A stretch of DNA of 64,000 nucleotides from Abditibacteriaceae bacterium (GTDB lineage: Bacteria > Armatimonadota > Abditibacteriia > Abditibacteriales > Abditibacteriaceae), in the NCBI GenBank assembly GCA_031425655.1, contig JANPJS010000016.1, positions 1 to 64,000 of the forward strand, given 5' to 3'. The translations under genes were made by a program, and so were the position numbers. Positions 19,576-28,839 of the stretch are shown here, one piece after another (position 1 is the first letter of the stretch; each line of letters begins with the position of its first letter). The notes under the pieces are model-generated. The model was given only the letters and a program-made list of their open reading frames with translations. It had not been told where the DNA came from and searched no databases.

Positions 19576-21966
19576 TTAATGCTCGTGGCCGAGTTCGGCT
19601 TTCATGCTTTGCGCCTTCACCATGAACGCGCCTTTAACCACGACTTTTTCGCCGTTTTTGAGGCCGTTTTTGATGACCGTTTGCCCGCCTTCGGTCGTGC
19701 CGACTTCCACTTCGCGCGCCACGTAAGTATTTGGTTCGTCGCCTTGCAAATAGACGACGGTTTTGTCTTCGGTTTTCAACACGGACGCGGCGGGCACAGT
19801 AATAACACTGCCGCCTGACGAAGTGACGATTTTGCCGCGCACAAACATTCCCAGCCGCAAATCGCCGGGATTGGGAATATCGGCGTGCGCTTCGACAGTG
19901 CGCGTTTTCTCGTCCAATGTGGTGTGAATCAGCTCGATAGAACCGTTGATAACGCGCCCCGGCAGGGCATCCACTGTAGCGCGCAACAGCGAACCAACGC
20001 GCACTTTGGCCATGTCGCGTTCGGGCAAAAACAGGTCAACGTGAACGCGGCTGAGATTGACGATGGTCATCAAATGCGCGTCGGCGTCCAATACTTCCCC
20101 CGGCGCGACTTCGCGGTCTTGCACCACGCCGGAAATGGGAGCTACAATCGGAATCGAAGCCGCGCGGCCCGGCGCGCTTTTCAGCAGCGATAAGGCCATC
20201 CGCGCCGCCTGCCTATCGCTTTGCGCCGATACGAGCAGCGAACGCGCGGCTTGCAATTGCGCGACGTTGTTGAGATTCTGGCCGTAGATGCCTTCTTCTC
20301 GTTGCAGCACGCCGGCGGCAACCGCCAAAGACTGCCGCGTCTGCTGCGCCGACGACTGCGCTGTTTGCAGATTGGCCAGCGCTAAGCTGACCTCGCGGCG
20401 ATTGGCGACTTTTTGCCCGAAAAGGCGCCGTTCGCGCTCCAAAGCCGCCGTCGTAACTTTTACCGATTGGCGCGCTTTGACCAGCGCCGTTTGCGCGGTT
20501 TCAAGAGCATTGCGCGCCGCACTCGTTTCACGACGATTGGCAAGCCCTTCCTTCCAAATCGCTTCCTCACGTTCGAGGGCCACTTTTGCCAGACGCACGC
20601 TCGAACGCGCCCGCGCGACTTCTGCGGTGCGCGTGCTGACATCCGATTGTGCCTCGGCAAGCGACGCCTGCGCCTGCTGCACTTCGGCGATACCGGCCAA
20701 GTCGCTGCTGGCCAAACGCTGCTGGCGAGCCACCTCTTCTTTGGCGGTCGCTTCGTCGGACTGCCCGCTTTCGAGACGCGCCGTTGCCGTATCGAAAGCC
20801 TGCTGCGCCGCTTCCAGATCGCGCTGCGACACCAAACCTTCGGCGCGCAGCGTTTTGGCGCGGGCTAAATTGGCGCGCGTTGTCGTCACTTCACTTTGCG
20901 CTGAGGCACGAGCCGACTGCGCCGTCACCAGAGCGCGCCGCGCTTCCTGCAAAGGGCGCGATTGATAAGCGCCCGCAGCCGCCAATTCGCGGCGGCGCTT
21001 CAGTTCAGCTTGCGCCGAAGTTGTCGCCGCCTGGGCGTTTTGCAGCGCGGCTTCGGCTGTGCGTTCGGCTTCTTCGGCCTGCGCCGACTGGTCGCGCGCG
21101 GCTTCCAAAGCCGGATTCGCAAATTTTCCTACGCGCGCCAAACTTTCGGCGTTTTGCAGCGCGGCCTGCGCTTGCCGCACGGCGGTTTCGCGCGTGCTGA
21201 CATCGGCAATTGCTGCGGCCTGATTTTCTTCGGCGGCTTCCAAAGCCGGGCTGGCGTAACCGCCCGCCCGCGCCACGCGCAGCACGTTTTCGTAAGCGAC
21301 CTGCGTCTGGCGCAAAGCGACTTGGGCAGAGCGCACTTGCCCTGCCGCTTCGACTTGCGCTTTGCGGGCGATTTCGAGCGGCGCGCGAGCAAAAACCCCG
21401 GCCCGCGCCTGCTTGGTTACAACATTGAGATTCGATTGGGCGTTTTGCAAGCGCGACCCGGCCTGCTGATAAGCCGATTGCGCTTCACCGATGGCGCGGC
21501 TTTCTACGATGGCTAAGGTTTGCCCTTTTCGCACGTTGGAGCCGACGGCAACGAAGAGTTTCGCCACGCGCCCCGGCACAAGCGAAGCCACACGCACCAC
21601 GCTGTCCGGGTCAGCCGCGATTTCTCCGTTGAAGGGGATGCCGCTGCTCTGCATTTCCATGCGAACCGGCGCCACTTGAATGCCGGCGATTTTGGCCGCG
21701 TCGCCCTCAAATTTGATTTCTTCAGCGCCGTGACCGCCTTCTTCCGCGTGACCTTCTGCGCTTTCCTCGTGGCCGTGTTCGTCCTTGTGCCCGGCTTCGG
21801 CAACAAGGGGTTTGGAGGTGTCGGGTGCATTTTGGCGCCCGACGAAAAAGGCCGCTACTGCTACGCCCGACACCAACATTACGATGTAAAACGGCGTGTT
21901 TTTAGTTGGTTTTGTTGAATTCGGTTTATCGCCCACATCAAGGGGCGTGATTGGCTGATTATTCAT
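19576..21966 (-). CDS. RND periplasmic adaptor (CzcB-like) with a greatly extended coiled coil, 796 aa
   Basis: N-terminal TM and His-rich tract, lipoyl halves (VASLVPGRV / IVAPISGVV), RLS tip RAKTLRAEGLVS, GLKNGEKVVVKGAF. Confidence 0.9.
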   Translation of the reverse strand: MNNQPITPLDVGDKPNSTKPTKNTPFYIVMLVSGVAVAAFFVGRQNAPDTSKPLVAEAGHKDEHGHEESAEGHAEEGGHGAEEIKFEGDAAKIAGIQVAPVRMEMQSSGIPFNGEIAADPDSVVRVASLVPGRVAKLFVAVGSNVRKGQTLAIVESRAIGEAQSAYQQAGSRLQNAQSNLNVVTKQARAGVFARAPLEIARKAQVEAAGQVRSAQVALRQTQVAYENVLRVARAGGYASPALEAAEENQAAAIADVSTRETAVRQAQAALQNAESLARVGKFANPALEAARDQSAQAEEAERTAEAALQNAQAATTSAQAELKRRRELAAAGAYQSRPLQEARRALVTAQSARASAQSEVTTTRANLARAKTLRAEGLVSQRDLEAAQQAFDTATARLESGQSDEATAKEEVARQQRLASSDLAGIAEVQQAQASLAEAQSDVSTRTAEVARARSSVRLAKVALEREEAIWKEGLANRRETSAARNALETAQTALVKARQSVKVTTAALERERRLFGQKVANRREVSLALANLQTAQSSAQQTRQSLAVAAGVLQREEGIYGQNLNNVAQLQAARSLLVSAQSDRQAARMALSLLKSAPGRAASIPIVAPISGVVQDREVAPGEVLDADAHLMTIVNLSRVHVDLFLPERDMAKVRVGSLLRATVDALPGRVINGSIELIHTTLDEKTRTVEAHADIPNPGDLRLGMFVRGKIVTSSGGSVITVPAASVLKTEDKTVVYLQGDEPNTYVAREVEVGTTEGGQTVIKNGLKNGEKVVVKGAFMVKAQSMKAELGHEH

Positions 21967-21978
21967 GTTTTTGGCTCC

Positions 21979-23385
21979 CTATCGCGCGGGCGGATTTTGC
22001 AAGGTGCCGGTTAGTTTGGCAGGCAGCGCGGCTCCGATGGCACTTTCCAGTGCGGCTTCGCCCGACCGCACGCCGACAAGGGCTTGCAAATACTCGGTTT
22101 GCACTTGGCGCAGCGTGCGTTGCGCTTCCAAAACTTCCAAATAAGTGCTGGCCCCGGCGTTGTAGCCGATCTGCGTTTTGCGGAGTAAATCCAGCGTGAG
22201 CGGCACAATTCCACTGCGGAAGCGTTCGACGGTCTGCCGCTGTTGTTCCAAGCGGAGCAGCGCTTGTTCGACTTGCGTGGAAACCTGCGAACGGAGAAAA
22301 GTAATTTGTGATTCTTGAGCGCGCACCTCGGCTTGTGCAGCGCGGCGTTCGGCTTTGAACGAGCCAAAATCGAACAGCGGAACGGTTACAACGGCGCGCA
22401 AAGCATAAGAACCTTGTCGCCCAAAAAACGATGAGCGGCGCCCTTGCACTTCGAGTTGAGGGCGCCCCTGACGGCGCAAAACGCCCACTTGGGCCTGTCG
22501 CGCTTCGAGAGTCGCTTGGGCGCTGAGTAAGTCGGGGCGCGTGCTTAAAGCGTTGGGCAAAATCTGGCCGCGTGCGCCCACCAAACTGCTGCCGACCTGC
22601 AAAGGCGGAACGGTGGAAGGTGGAACTGGGGAGGTGGAACTTGGAATTTGGGCGGCGAGGCCGTTGGTTCCAACTCCCAAACTCCACATTCCACCTCCTT
22701 CAAAAGCTACGCGCAACGGCGTTTCGGGCGCTTGTCCGACTAACTGGTTGAGTCCGGCGCGCCGCGCAAGCCGCTCGGTCTGCGCGTTGGTCAGCTCATT
22801 CTGCACGCGCAAGAGTTCCAGTTCGGCACGCTGCACCTGCACCGGCGGAACGTCGCCCAATTCGGCGCGGCGCGCGGCGGCGTTGCGAAATGCCTGCGCC
22901 ACTTCCACTTGCGCCACGCCCAACGACTCGGCTTCCTGAGCCGCGAATAAGGCGGCAGCGGCGTTTTTCACCTGCAAAATAAGCGTGCGTTCGGTGAGGG
23001 TGGTTTCGGCCTGTGCGCGGCGCAGTTCCGCCGCTGCGACTGCGGCTTGGGCGCGGCGCTGTCCGAAGACATCAATCGTCTGCGAGAGAATGACTTCTTC
23101 GTCGCGCGCCTCACGGCTGCCGCCAAAGCCCGGCACCAGTTGTAAAACCGGATTAGGCCGCGAACGCAAGCCATTCAAGCGTTCCCGCGCTGCGTCCTGA
23201 CTGGCCCGCGCGGTGGGCAACTGGGGATTATTCGCCAGAGCGCGGCGAATCAGATCATCGAGAGAGATTTCCGGCTCCACTGCCGATGGAATAGAAGCAA
23301 GCGGCGCGGCATCTTCAGCGCGCACAGCATCGCCGATGAAAAGCGGCACGAGGCCGCACAATAGAATTAACGATAAACGGGACAA
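21979..23385 (-). CDS. TolC-family outer-membrane factor (CzcC-like)
   Basis: Signal peptide, LIRRALANNPQL, VPLFDFG, YNAGASTYLEVLEAQR; TTG start with GGAGGT RBS. Confidence 0.88.
   Translation of the reverse strand: MSRLSLILLCGLVPLFIGDAVRAEDAAPLASIPSAVEPEISLDDLIRRALANNPQLPTARASQDAARERLNGLRSRPNPVLQLVPGFGGSREARDEEVILSQTIDVFGQRRAQAAVAAAELRRAQAETTLTERTLILQVKNAAAALFAAQEAESLGVAQVEVAQAFRNAAARRAELGDVPPVQVQRAELELLRVQNELTNAQTERLARRAGLNQLVGQAPETPLRVAFEGGGMWSLGVGTNGLAAQIPSSTSPVPPSTVPPLQVGSSLVGARGQILPNALSTRPDLLSAQATLEARQAQVGVLRRQGRPQLEVQGRRSSFFGRQGSYALRAVVTVPLFDFGSFKAERRAAQAEVRAQESQITFLRSQVSTQVEQALLRLEQQRQTVERFRSGIVPLTLDLLRKTQIGYNAGASTYLEVLEAQRTLRQVQTEYLQALVGVRSGEAALESAIGAALPAKLTGTLQNPPAR
22604..22700. 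repeat. Heptamer inverted-repeat array inserted in frame in the TolC gene
   Basis: (A/C)GGTGGA-like units followed by TTCCACC-like units. Confidence 0.7.
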
Positions 23386-23391
23386 GCGTAA

Positions 23392-23506
23392 CCTCCGATT
23401 AGAACCTGAAAAGCAGCAGCCGGCAGCCGCGACAGTGTGCGGGCCGGATGAGCGACAGCGGTCAGGGCGTGAGCCTTAACGCGCTTTGTCAGGCCGAAAT
23501 CGGAGG
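23392..23506 (-). promoter_or_regulatory. Putative anti-SD/SD pairing between the leader's Pro-Pro-Ile codons and the czcC RBS
   Basis: mRNA CCUCCGAUU (23506-23498) is the exact complement of AAUCGGAGG (23400-23392). Confidence 0.65.
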
Positions 23507-23932
23507 GGCACGACCGGAACAAGGAGAAGTGAGAAACTGGCTGCGAAGCCGGGCCAGAGGCGGCCCGTCGCTACCTAAAAAGGCAATCAGGGTCGCGGGC
23601 GCAGCATTCGCGTCCCGCAGGGAAGCGACAACCGGGACATCAATCAGCGGCGCATCGAGTTGAAAATTGACGACCTGCGCTCGTGTGGCAAGCTCCGATG
23701 TGGATTCGCAGCCGTCTTTCTCGTGGGAATCTGAATCAAGGGGAAACGGCACGCAAACACAATCGGCGCAAAGACAGGCCACGCCGGGCCGCGCGCTGCA
23801 CTGGGCGCCATTATGGGTAACAGTAAGCACCTGAGCGGTTAGACCTATCCGAGGAATGCCGGTGTGAGAAGCGCAGACATCAAGCGAATGGATCGCCAGA
23901 ACTACACACAACAAGGCCGCCACCCACGTCAT
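23489..23932 (-). CDS. Cys-rich exported leader protein with C-terminal RAPP motif (DUF2946/CruR/CutF/CzcI-like)
   Basis: Hydrophobic N-terminus, CLCADCVC cluster, ends GRAPPISA*; first gene of the efflux operon; alternative start at 23983. Confidence 0.7.
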   Translation of the reverse strand: MTWVAALLCVVLAIHSLDVCASHTGIPRIGLTAQVLTVTHNGAQCSARPGVACLCADCVCVPFPLDSDSHEKDGCESTSELATRAQVVNFQLDAPLIDVPVVASLRDANAAPATLIAFLGSDGPPLARLRSQFLTSPCSGRAPPISA

Positions 23933-24063
23933 AAAACGGGGACGGTTGAAGAAACCTTGTTTGAGAAAAGAACCGCTCAACATTATTAATGGCGCTCTGG
24001 CCGGCAAAATATGGCTTTACTGCCGAGTTTAACAGCAGCCGTCTTTTTCAATGGGAAGAACGG

Positions 24064-24275
24064 GAAGTCTCACCGGACAATCGCATTAGAAAATTGGGAG
24101 GCCAAAGCGGATGTCATTCCGAGCGGGCGCCCTTTGGGCAGGGTCGAGGAATCTTAATTTTCGGTGCAACGGCAAGATTCCTCGACTCCAAAACTCGCTG
24201 AGGCTCGTTTTTTCGCTCGGAATGACACTTTCTTTGGCTCTTCAAAATCCTAATACAATTGTCCTGGGAAGTCTC
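24064..24275. repeat. Composite palindromic element (outer imperfect IR around a GTCATTCCGAGC...GAGGAATCT REP doublet)
   Basis: Inner TGTCATTCCGAGC..GTCGAGGAATCT / AGATTCCTCGAC..GCTCGGAATGACA at 24112-24227; outer GGACAAT..GCCAAAG / CTTTGGC..ATTGTCC. Confidence 0.8.
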
Positions 24276-24451
24276 GAAAGTTGACGAGACGAAAAAGCAG
24301 CTTGAACACAGCCCTCATCCAATATCCAAGCGCAAACCCAACAAATAATGTTGATGTGCCTGTCCCAAGCACTCAAATCTCTTTCCGTTTTTCCGTTCTA
24401 CCCGTTGAAAAACCACGGAGGCATCGCAAGCTGCGTAAGGCGACTAACGAC

Positions 24452-24486
24452 GATGCCCTCAAGAAAAGGCTTTCTTGAGGGCATCA
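24452..24486. terminator. Hairpin downstream of tRNA-Ala, probable terminator
   Basis: GATGCCCTCAAGAAA-AGGC-TTTCTTGAGGGGCATC; no clear U-tract. Confidence 0.45.
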
Positions 24487-24541
24487 TTCGGTTTTAAACG
24501 TCTTGTTTCACTGGCTTTTGGCTGCTGTGCCGGTCTTCGGA

Positions 24542-24614
<73 letters not shown>

Positions 24615-24734
24615 GATTTTGTGCGTATTCTCTTTGTCCGCTCTTAAAGAGAGTTTGGGCACTCCATCCCATTCAAACGCCTCATCAATTTTAGCGAAAT
24701 TTAGAGAGAAGTCAAGCCGGCCTCGACGCGCCCC

Positions 24735-24941
24735 TTAGAATCTGTTCTGAGAATAGCCATTAATCGTGAGTTGAGCCGCTTTCAATGGCACGCGGATTTT
24801 ATACGCGGACACAGCTTTGAAGGCGCGGTTTTACCGAAAGAAATCAGCGAGAATCAGCGCACAACGTCCGCGTAGCGAAGCTCCGCGTCCCATTAAAAAG
24901 TCTTCGGTGTTAGTAGTCATGAATTCTCAGACGGCTTCTTA
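24735..24941. mobile_element. MITE-like element, family A copy 3
   Basis: Same arms as 2039-2258 but lacks the 17-bp insert in its core. Confidence 0.85.
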
Positions 24942-25064
24942 GGACCCACGGATGCTTGGCCGGCATTTGCACAGAAGCGAGAGGTATTATTTAGCCGGGC
25001 CGACCGCGTGCAAAATTCCTCAGCGCCGCACAGGGTCATTCAGTTCTATACACTTGGTGGAGCC

Positions 25065-25204
25065 TGACCTCCCGATTAAAATCGAGGTCTACCGCTACCA
25101 AGCCGATCTTCGTCGGCTGAACCAAGCAAGCAGTGAGAGTCCGCGCCGGGTGCCCTCCGGGCGAGGGACTTCGTAACCATAGACCCCGATTAAAATCGGG
25201 GCCG
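25065..25204. repeat. REP-like pair of CCCGATTAAAATCG(A/G)G hairpins
   Basis: GACCTCCCGATTAAAATCGAGGTCTAC and ATAGACCCCGATTAAAATCGGGGCC, resembling GTAG-type REPs. Confidence 0.65.
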
Positions 25205-25595
25205 TATCGCGCCGCACAAGAAGCGAATGACCCTGGCACCGCATTTGTTGATTGACTCGTCAATACAGTAAAATAAGCGTGCATGAAATAGCATTGCGGT
25301 TTCGCACTTTGGGGTTAGCTTCGATGATACGACAAACTAACTTCGGCCCCGTTCAATCATGGGCAGATTGGCCTGTCGGCGCGTTCGGGCTGAACGGAAC
25401 GCGAAGTTCGATTTCCAGTCTCTGCAATCCGCTGTTTCACTTCCCGACAAACTGTTCCTGCGCCGAAAGGCCGACCTTATAACGGAAATTTCTCAGGTTT
25501 TCGAGGTTCACCCGGCGCTTTTTCTGCGCTGTTCTCTTTAAGAGGATGGCACCGAAGTTGTATCCTATAGTTCCCGGTTGGTTAAGGGTGAGCAT

Positions 25596-27431
25596 ATGGC
25601 GACATCCCAGAAAAAATCCTTGCTGCAGGTCTTAGGTGAAAAGCGCAAAATCACCATCGAACAAGCGCGCGAAGCCGTCACGCGCCGCCAGACCAGCGGC
25701 GACTCGTTCGAGAACACCCTCGTCGAAATGGGCATCGAGGAAAACGATGTCTACGAGGCCAAAGCCGAATTGGACGGCGTGACTTTCCTTGATCTCGAAA
25801 CAGTCGAGGTTAGCTCCGAAGTGCGCGATCTTTTAGCGGAAGACCTTCAAGACCGTTACGAAGCCGTGCCGGTCTTTCAGGAAGGCAACAAGCTGACGGT
25901 CGCCATGACCAACCCCAAAGATGTCTTCGCCGTGGACGAAATCCGCATGAAGACCGGGCTGGACATTCGCGCAGTGCTAATTACGCCGTCGCAGCACGAA
26001 GCTCTGCGCGATGGCAGTTGGGGCGTCAGCACCAACGGTAACGGCCACGAAGCCGGCGAAGAAGCCGAAGAATCGGACGATGCGATCCAGGATATGCTGG
26101 ATATGCTCGATCCGACCAAAGCCCCCAAAGAAGCCGTAAAAAAGGGCTTTCTCGGTATGGGCGGCACCAAAGCGCAGGAAGGCGGCGGCTCCGGCGTTCC
26201 CGACACCACCGCAGAAGAAGAAGAAGACGGCGAAATCATGGGTGATTTCGCCGGCGCCGACGAAGCGCCGATTATTCGCATCGTGAACACGATTCTCATG
26301 TATGCGATCCGCGACGGCGCCAGCGACATCCACATCGAGCCGCAACGCAAAGGCGTGCGCATTCGCTATCGCATTGACGGCGTGCTGCACGAGCAAATGA
26401 AAGTGCCGCAATATGTGCTGAACCCGCTAATTTCGCGCATCAAGATCATGGGCGACATGAACATCGCCGAGCGCCGCGTGCCTCAGGACGGTCGTATTCA
26501 CATCAAGATGCAAGAAAAGGAATACGATATGCGTGTCAATACGTGTCCGACTGCCTTCGGCGAAAAAGTCGTGATGCGTATTCTCGACAAAAGCTCGGTG
26601 ATGATCGGTCTGGACAAATTGGGCCTTTATCCCGAAACGCAAACCCAGCTTCTCGACATCTGCAACCAGCCCAACGGCTGTTTTATGATTTGCGGCCCGA
26701 CCGGTTCGGGCAAAACCACGACGCTGTATTCAGTTCTCAACGTGGTCAACAGCGTTGAAAAAAACGTGATGACGGTCGAAGACCCGGTTGAATATCAGTT
26801 GCCCGGACTTTCTCAGGTTCACGTCAACCGCAAAGCCGGCCTGACCTTCGCCAACGCTTTGCGCGCCTTCCTTCGGCAAGACCCCGATGTCATCATGGTC
26901 GGAGAAATCCGCGACTTGGAAACGGCGGAAATCGCCGTGCAGGCGGCTCTGACCGGTCACCTTGTGCTGTCTACGATTCACACTAACGACGCGCCATCTA
27001 CGGCAACGCGCTTAGGCGACATGGGCGTGGAACCGTTTCTGATTTCGGCGTCCTTAGTCGGCGCCTTAGCGCAACGATTATCGCGCCGCATTTGCGCGAA
27101 CTGCAAAAGCGCTTATGTGCCGCAGCGCGAACTGCTGATGCGCTTCGGCTTCGATCCGCTTCAGCATCCCGAAGCCGAGTTTTTCAAAGGTATGGGCTGC
27201 GAGCGCTGCCGCCAAACCGGCTATAAAGGCCGTCTGGGCTGCTACGAATTAATGCGCATCAACGAAGAACTCGCCGAACTTATCGTGCGCCGCGCGCCTC
27301 TATCTGAACTAAAGGAAGCGGCCCGTTCCAACGGCATGGCGACTTTGCAGGAAGACGGCTTTCGCAAATGCCGCGACGGCTTCACCAACGTCGAAGAAGT
27401 TATGCGCGTCGTCTTCACCGGCGGACACTAA
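25596..27431 (+). CDS. pilB: Type IV pilus assembly ATPase (PilB/GspE family)
   Basis: GASDIHIEP, GPTGSGKTTT, TVEDPVE, LRQDPDVIMVGEIRD, two CxxC zinc motifs. Confidence 0.92.
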   Translation: MATSQKKSLLQVLGEKRKITIEQAREAVTRRQTSGDSFENTLVEMGIEENDVYEAKAELDGVTFLDLETVEVSSEVRDLLAEDLQDRYEAVPVFQEGNKLTVAMTNPKDVFAVDEIRMKTGLDIRAVLITPSQHEALRDGSWGVSTNGNGHEAGEEAEESDDAIQDMLDMLDPTKAPKEAVKKGFLGMGGTKAQEGGGSGVPDTTAEEEEDGEIMGDFAGADEAPIIRIVNTILMYAIRDGASDIHIEPQRKGVRIRYRIDGVLHEQMKVPQYVLNPLISRIKIMGDMNIAERRVPQDGRIHIKMQEKEYDMRVNTCPTAFGEKVVMRILDKSSVMIGLDKLGLYPETQTQLLDICNQPNGCFMICGPTGSGKTTTLYSVLNVVNSVEKNVMTVEDPVEYQLPGLSQVHVNRKAGLTFANALRAFLRQDPDVIMVGEIRDLETAEIAVQAALTGHLVLSTIHTNDAPSTATRLGDMGVEPFLISASLVGALAQRLSRRICANCKSAYVPQRELLMRFGFDPLQHPEAEFFKGMGCERCRQTGYKGRLGCYELMRINEELAELIVRRAPLSELKEAARSNGMATLQEDGFRKCRDGFTNVEEVMRVVFTGGH

Positions 27432-27436
27432 ACAGC

Positions 27437-27506
27437 AGTTTTGAGTTCTAAGTTTTGAGTTTTGAATTAAATACAACTCAAAACTCAAAACTCAAAATTC
27501 AAAACT
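27437..27506. repeat. Heptamer (AGTTTTG / CAAAACT) inverted tandem repeat
   Basis: About four AGTTTTG-like units then about four CAAAACT-like units between pilB and pilT. Confidence 0.9.
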
Positions 27507-27512
27507 AATACC

Positions 27513-28808
27513 ATGGCTCAACATCCCGCAAATATTGGACGACCGCCCGGCGCCGTGCCGGGACAAGTGCCCGCGCCGGGCGCGCCGCGCGAAATGCCGG
27601 TGCCGGTTTACACCCCGCCCAACGGCACCGACAACGGTTATCTGGACGCCTCGGACGAGCTTGTCGAGGTCGAGGAAGTGCCGAAAATTTCGCTTGACGA
27701 GGTTCACATTGACGAATTGTGTGCCAAAGTCGTGGAAATGGGCGCCAGCGACTTGCATATGGCGGTCGGTTTGCCGCCTTGCGTGCGTTTGCACGGCAAG
27801 GTTATGCAGCTTCCTGAATACGAAGTGTTCACGCCGACGCACACGCAGCGCATTATTTACGATATTTTGTCGGACGAGCAAATTCAGCGTTTTGAAAACG
27901 ATCTGGAACTCGACATGGCTTATACGGCGCAGCACGTCGCACGCTTTCGTGTCAACGCTTACCGCGACAAAACCTTCGTCGCCGCCGCGCTGCGCGTGAT
28001 TCCCAGCAAAATCCCCACGCCCGAAGACCTCAAACTGCCGCCGATCATCATGGAATTGGCTAATCGTCCGCGCGGCTTGATGCTGGTGACGGGGCCGACC
28101 GGTTCGGGCAAATCAACGACTTTAGCCGCCGTGATTGACGCCATTAATACGTTGCACGAAGGCCATATTCTCACCATCGAAGACCCGATTGAGTTTGTGC
28201 ATCCGCACAAGCGATGCGTGGTCAACCAACGCGAAGTCGGAACCGACACGCGCGCTTTTAAAAACGCCTTGCGCGCCGCATTGCGCGAAGACCCGGACGT
28301 GATTCTCGTCGGTGAAATGCGTGATAACGAAACCATTCACTTGGCTGTAACCGCAGCCGAAACCGGTCACCTTGTGTTCGGCACGCTGCACACCAACTCG
28401 GCGGCGGAATCGGTTGACCGCATGGTCGGCGTGTTCCCTTCGGATCAGCAGGAACAGATTCGCACTCAGCTTTCCAACTCGTTAGTGGCGATTGTGTCGC
28501 AACAGCTTTTGCGAAAAGTCGGCGGAGGGCGCTGCGCGGCCATCGAAATCATGATTTGCAATTCGGCGATTCGCAACCTGATCCGCGAAAACAAAGCGCA
28601 CCAAATGCTTTCCGTGATGCAAACACAAAACGGACTGGGAATGCAAACGATGGATCAATCGCTGCGCGACCTGTTCCTCAAAAACTTCATTACTTACGAT
28701 GATGCCGTGGCGCGTTCGCACAACGCGGCGGAACTCGAAGTTATGATCAGCGGCGGCTTGGACATACAAGCCCAAGCCGCTGCAACCGCCCAAAAAGGCC
28801 GCCGTTAG
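27513..28808 (+). CDS. pilT: Type IV pilus retraction ATPase
   Basis: GASDLH, GPTGSGKSTT, LREDPDVILVGEMRD, AIRNLIRE signature, GMQTMDQSL. Confidence 0.95.
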   Translation: MAQHPANIGRPPGAVPGQVPAPGAPREMPVPVYTPPNGTDNGYLDASDELVEVEEVPKISLDEVHIDELCAKVVEMGASDLHMAVGLPPCVRLHGKVMQLPEYEVFTPTHTQRIIYDILSDEQIQRFENDLELDMAYTAQHVARFRVNAYRDKTFVAAALRVIPSKIPTPEDLKLPPIIMELANRPRGLMLVTGPTGSGKSTTLAAVIDAINTLHEGHILTIEDPIEFVHPHKRCVVNQREVGTDTRAFKNALRAALREDPDVILVGEMRDNETIHLAVTAAETGHLVFGTLHTNSAAESVDRMVGVFPSDQQEQIRTQLSNSLVAIVSQQLLRKVGGGRCAAIEIMICNSAIRNLIRENKAHQMLSVMQTQNGLGMQTMDQSLRDLFLKNFITYDDAVARSHNAAELEVMISGGLDIQAQAAATAQKGRR

Positions 28809-28839
28809 TCGGTATTTCGCAGGCATTTAGGAGACGCAC

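Noticed and set aside
24950..25560. Short ORFs upstream of pilB
   Set aside because: Largely overlap REP-like hairpins and have no convincing start or domain
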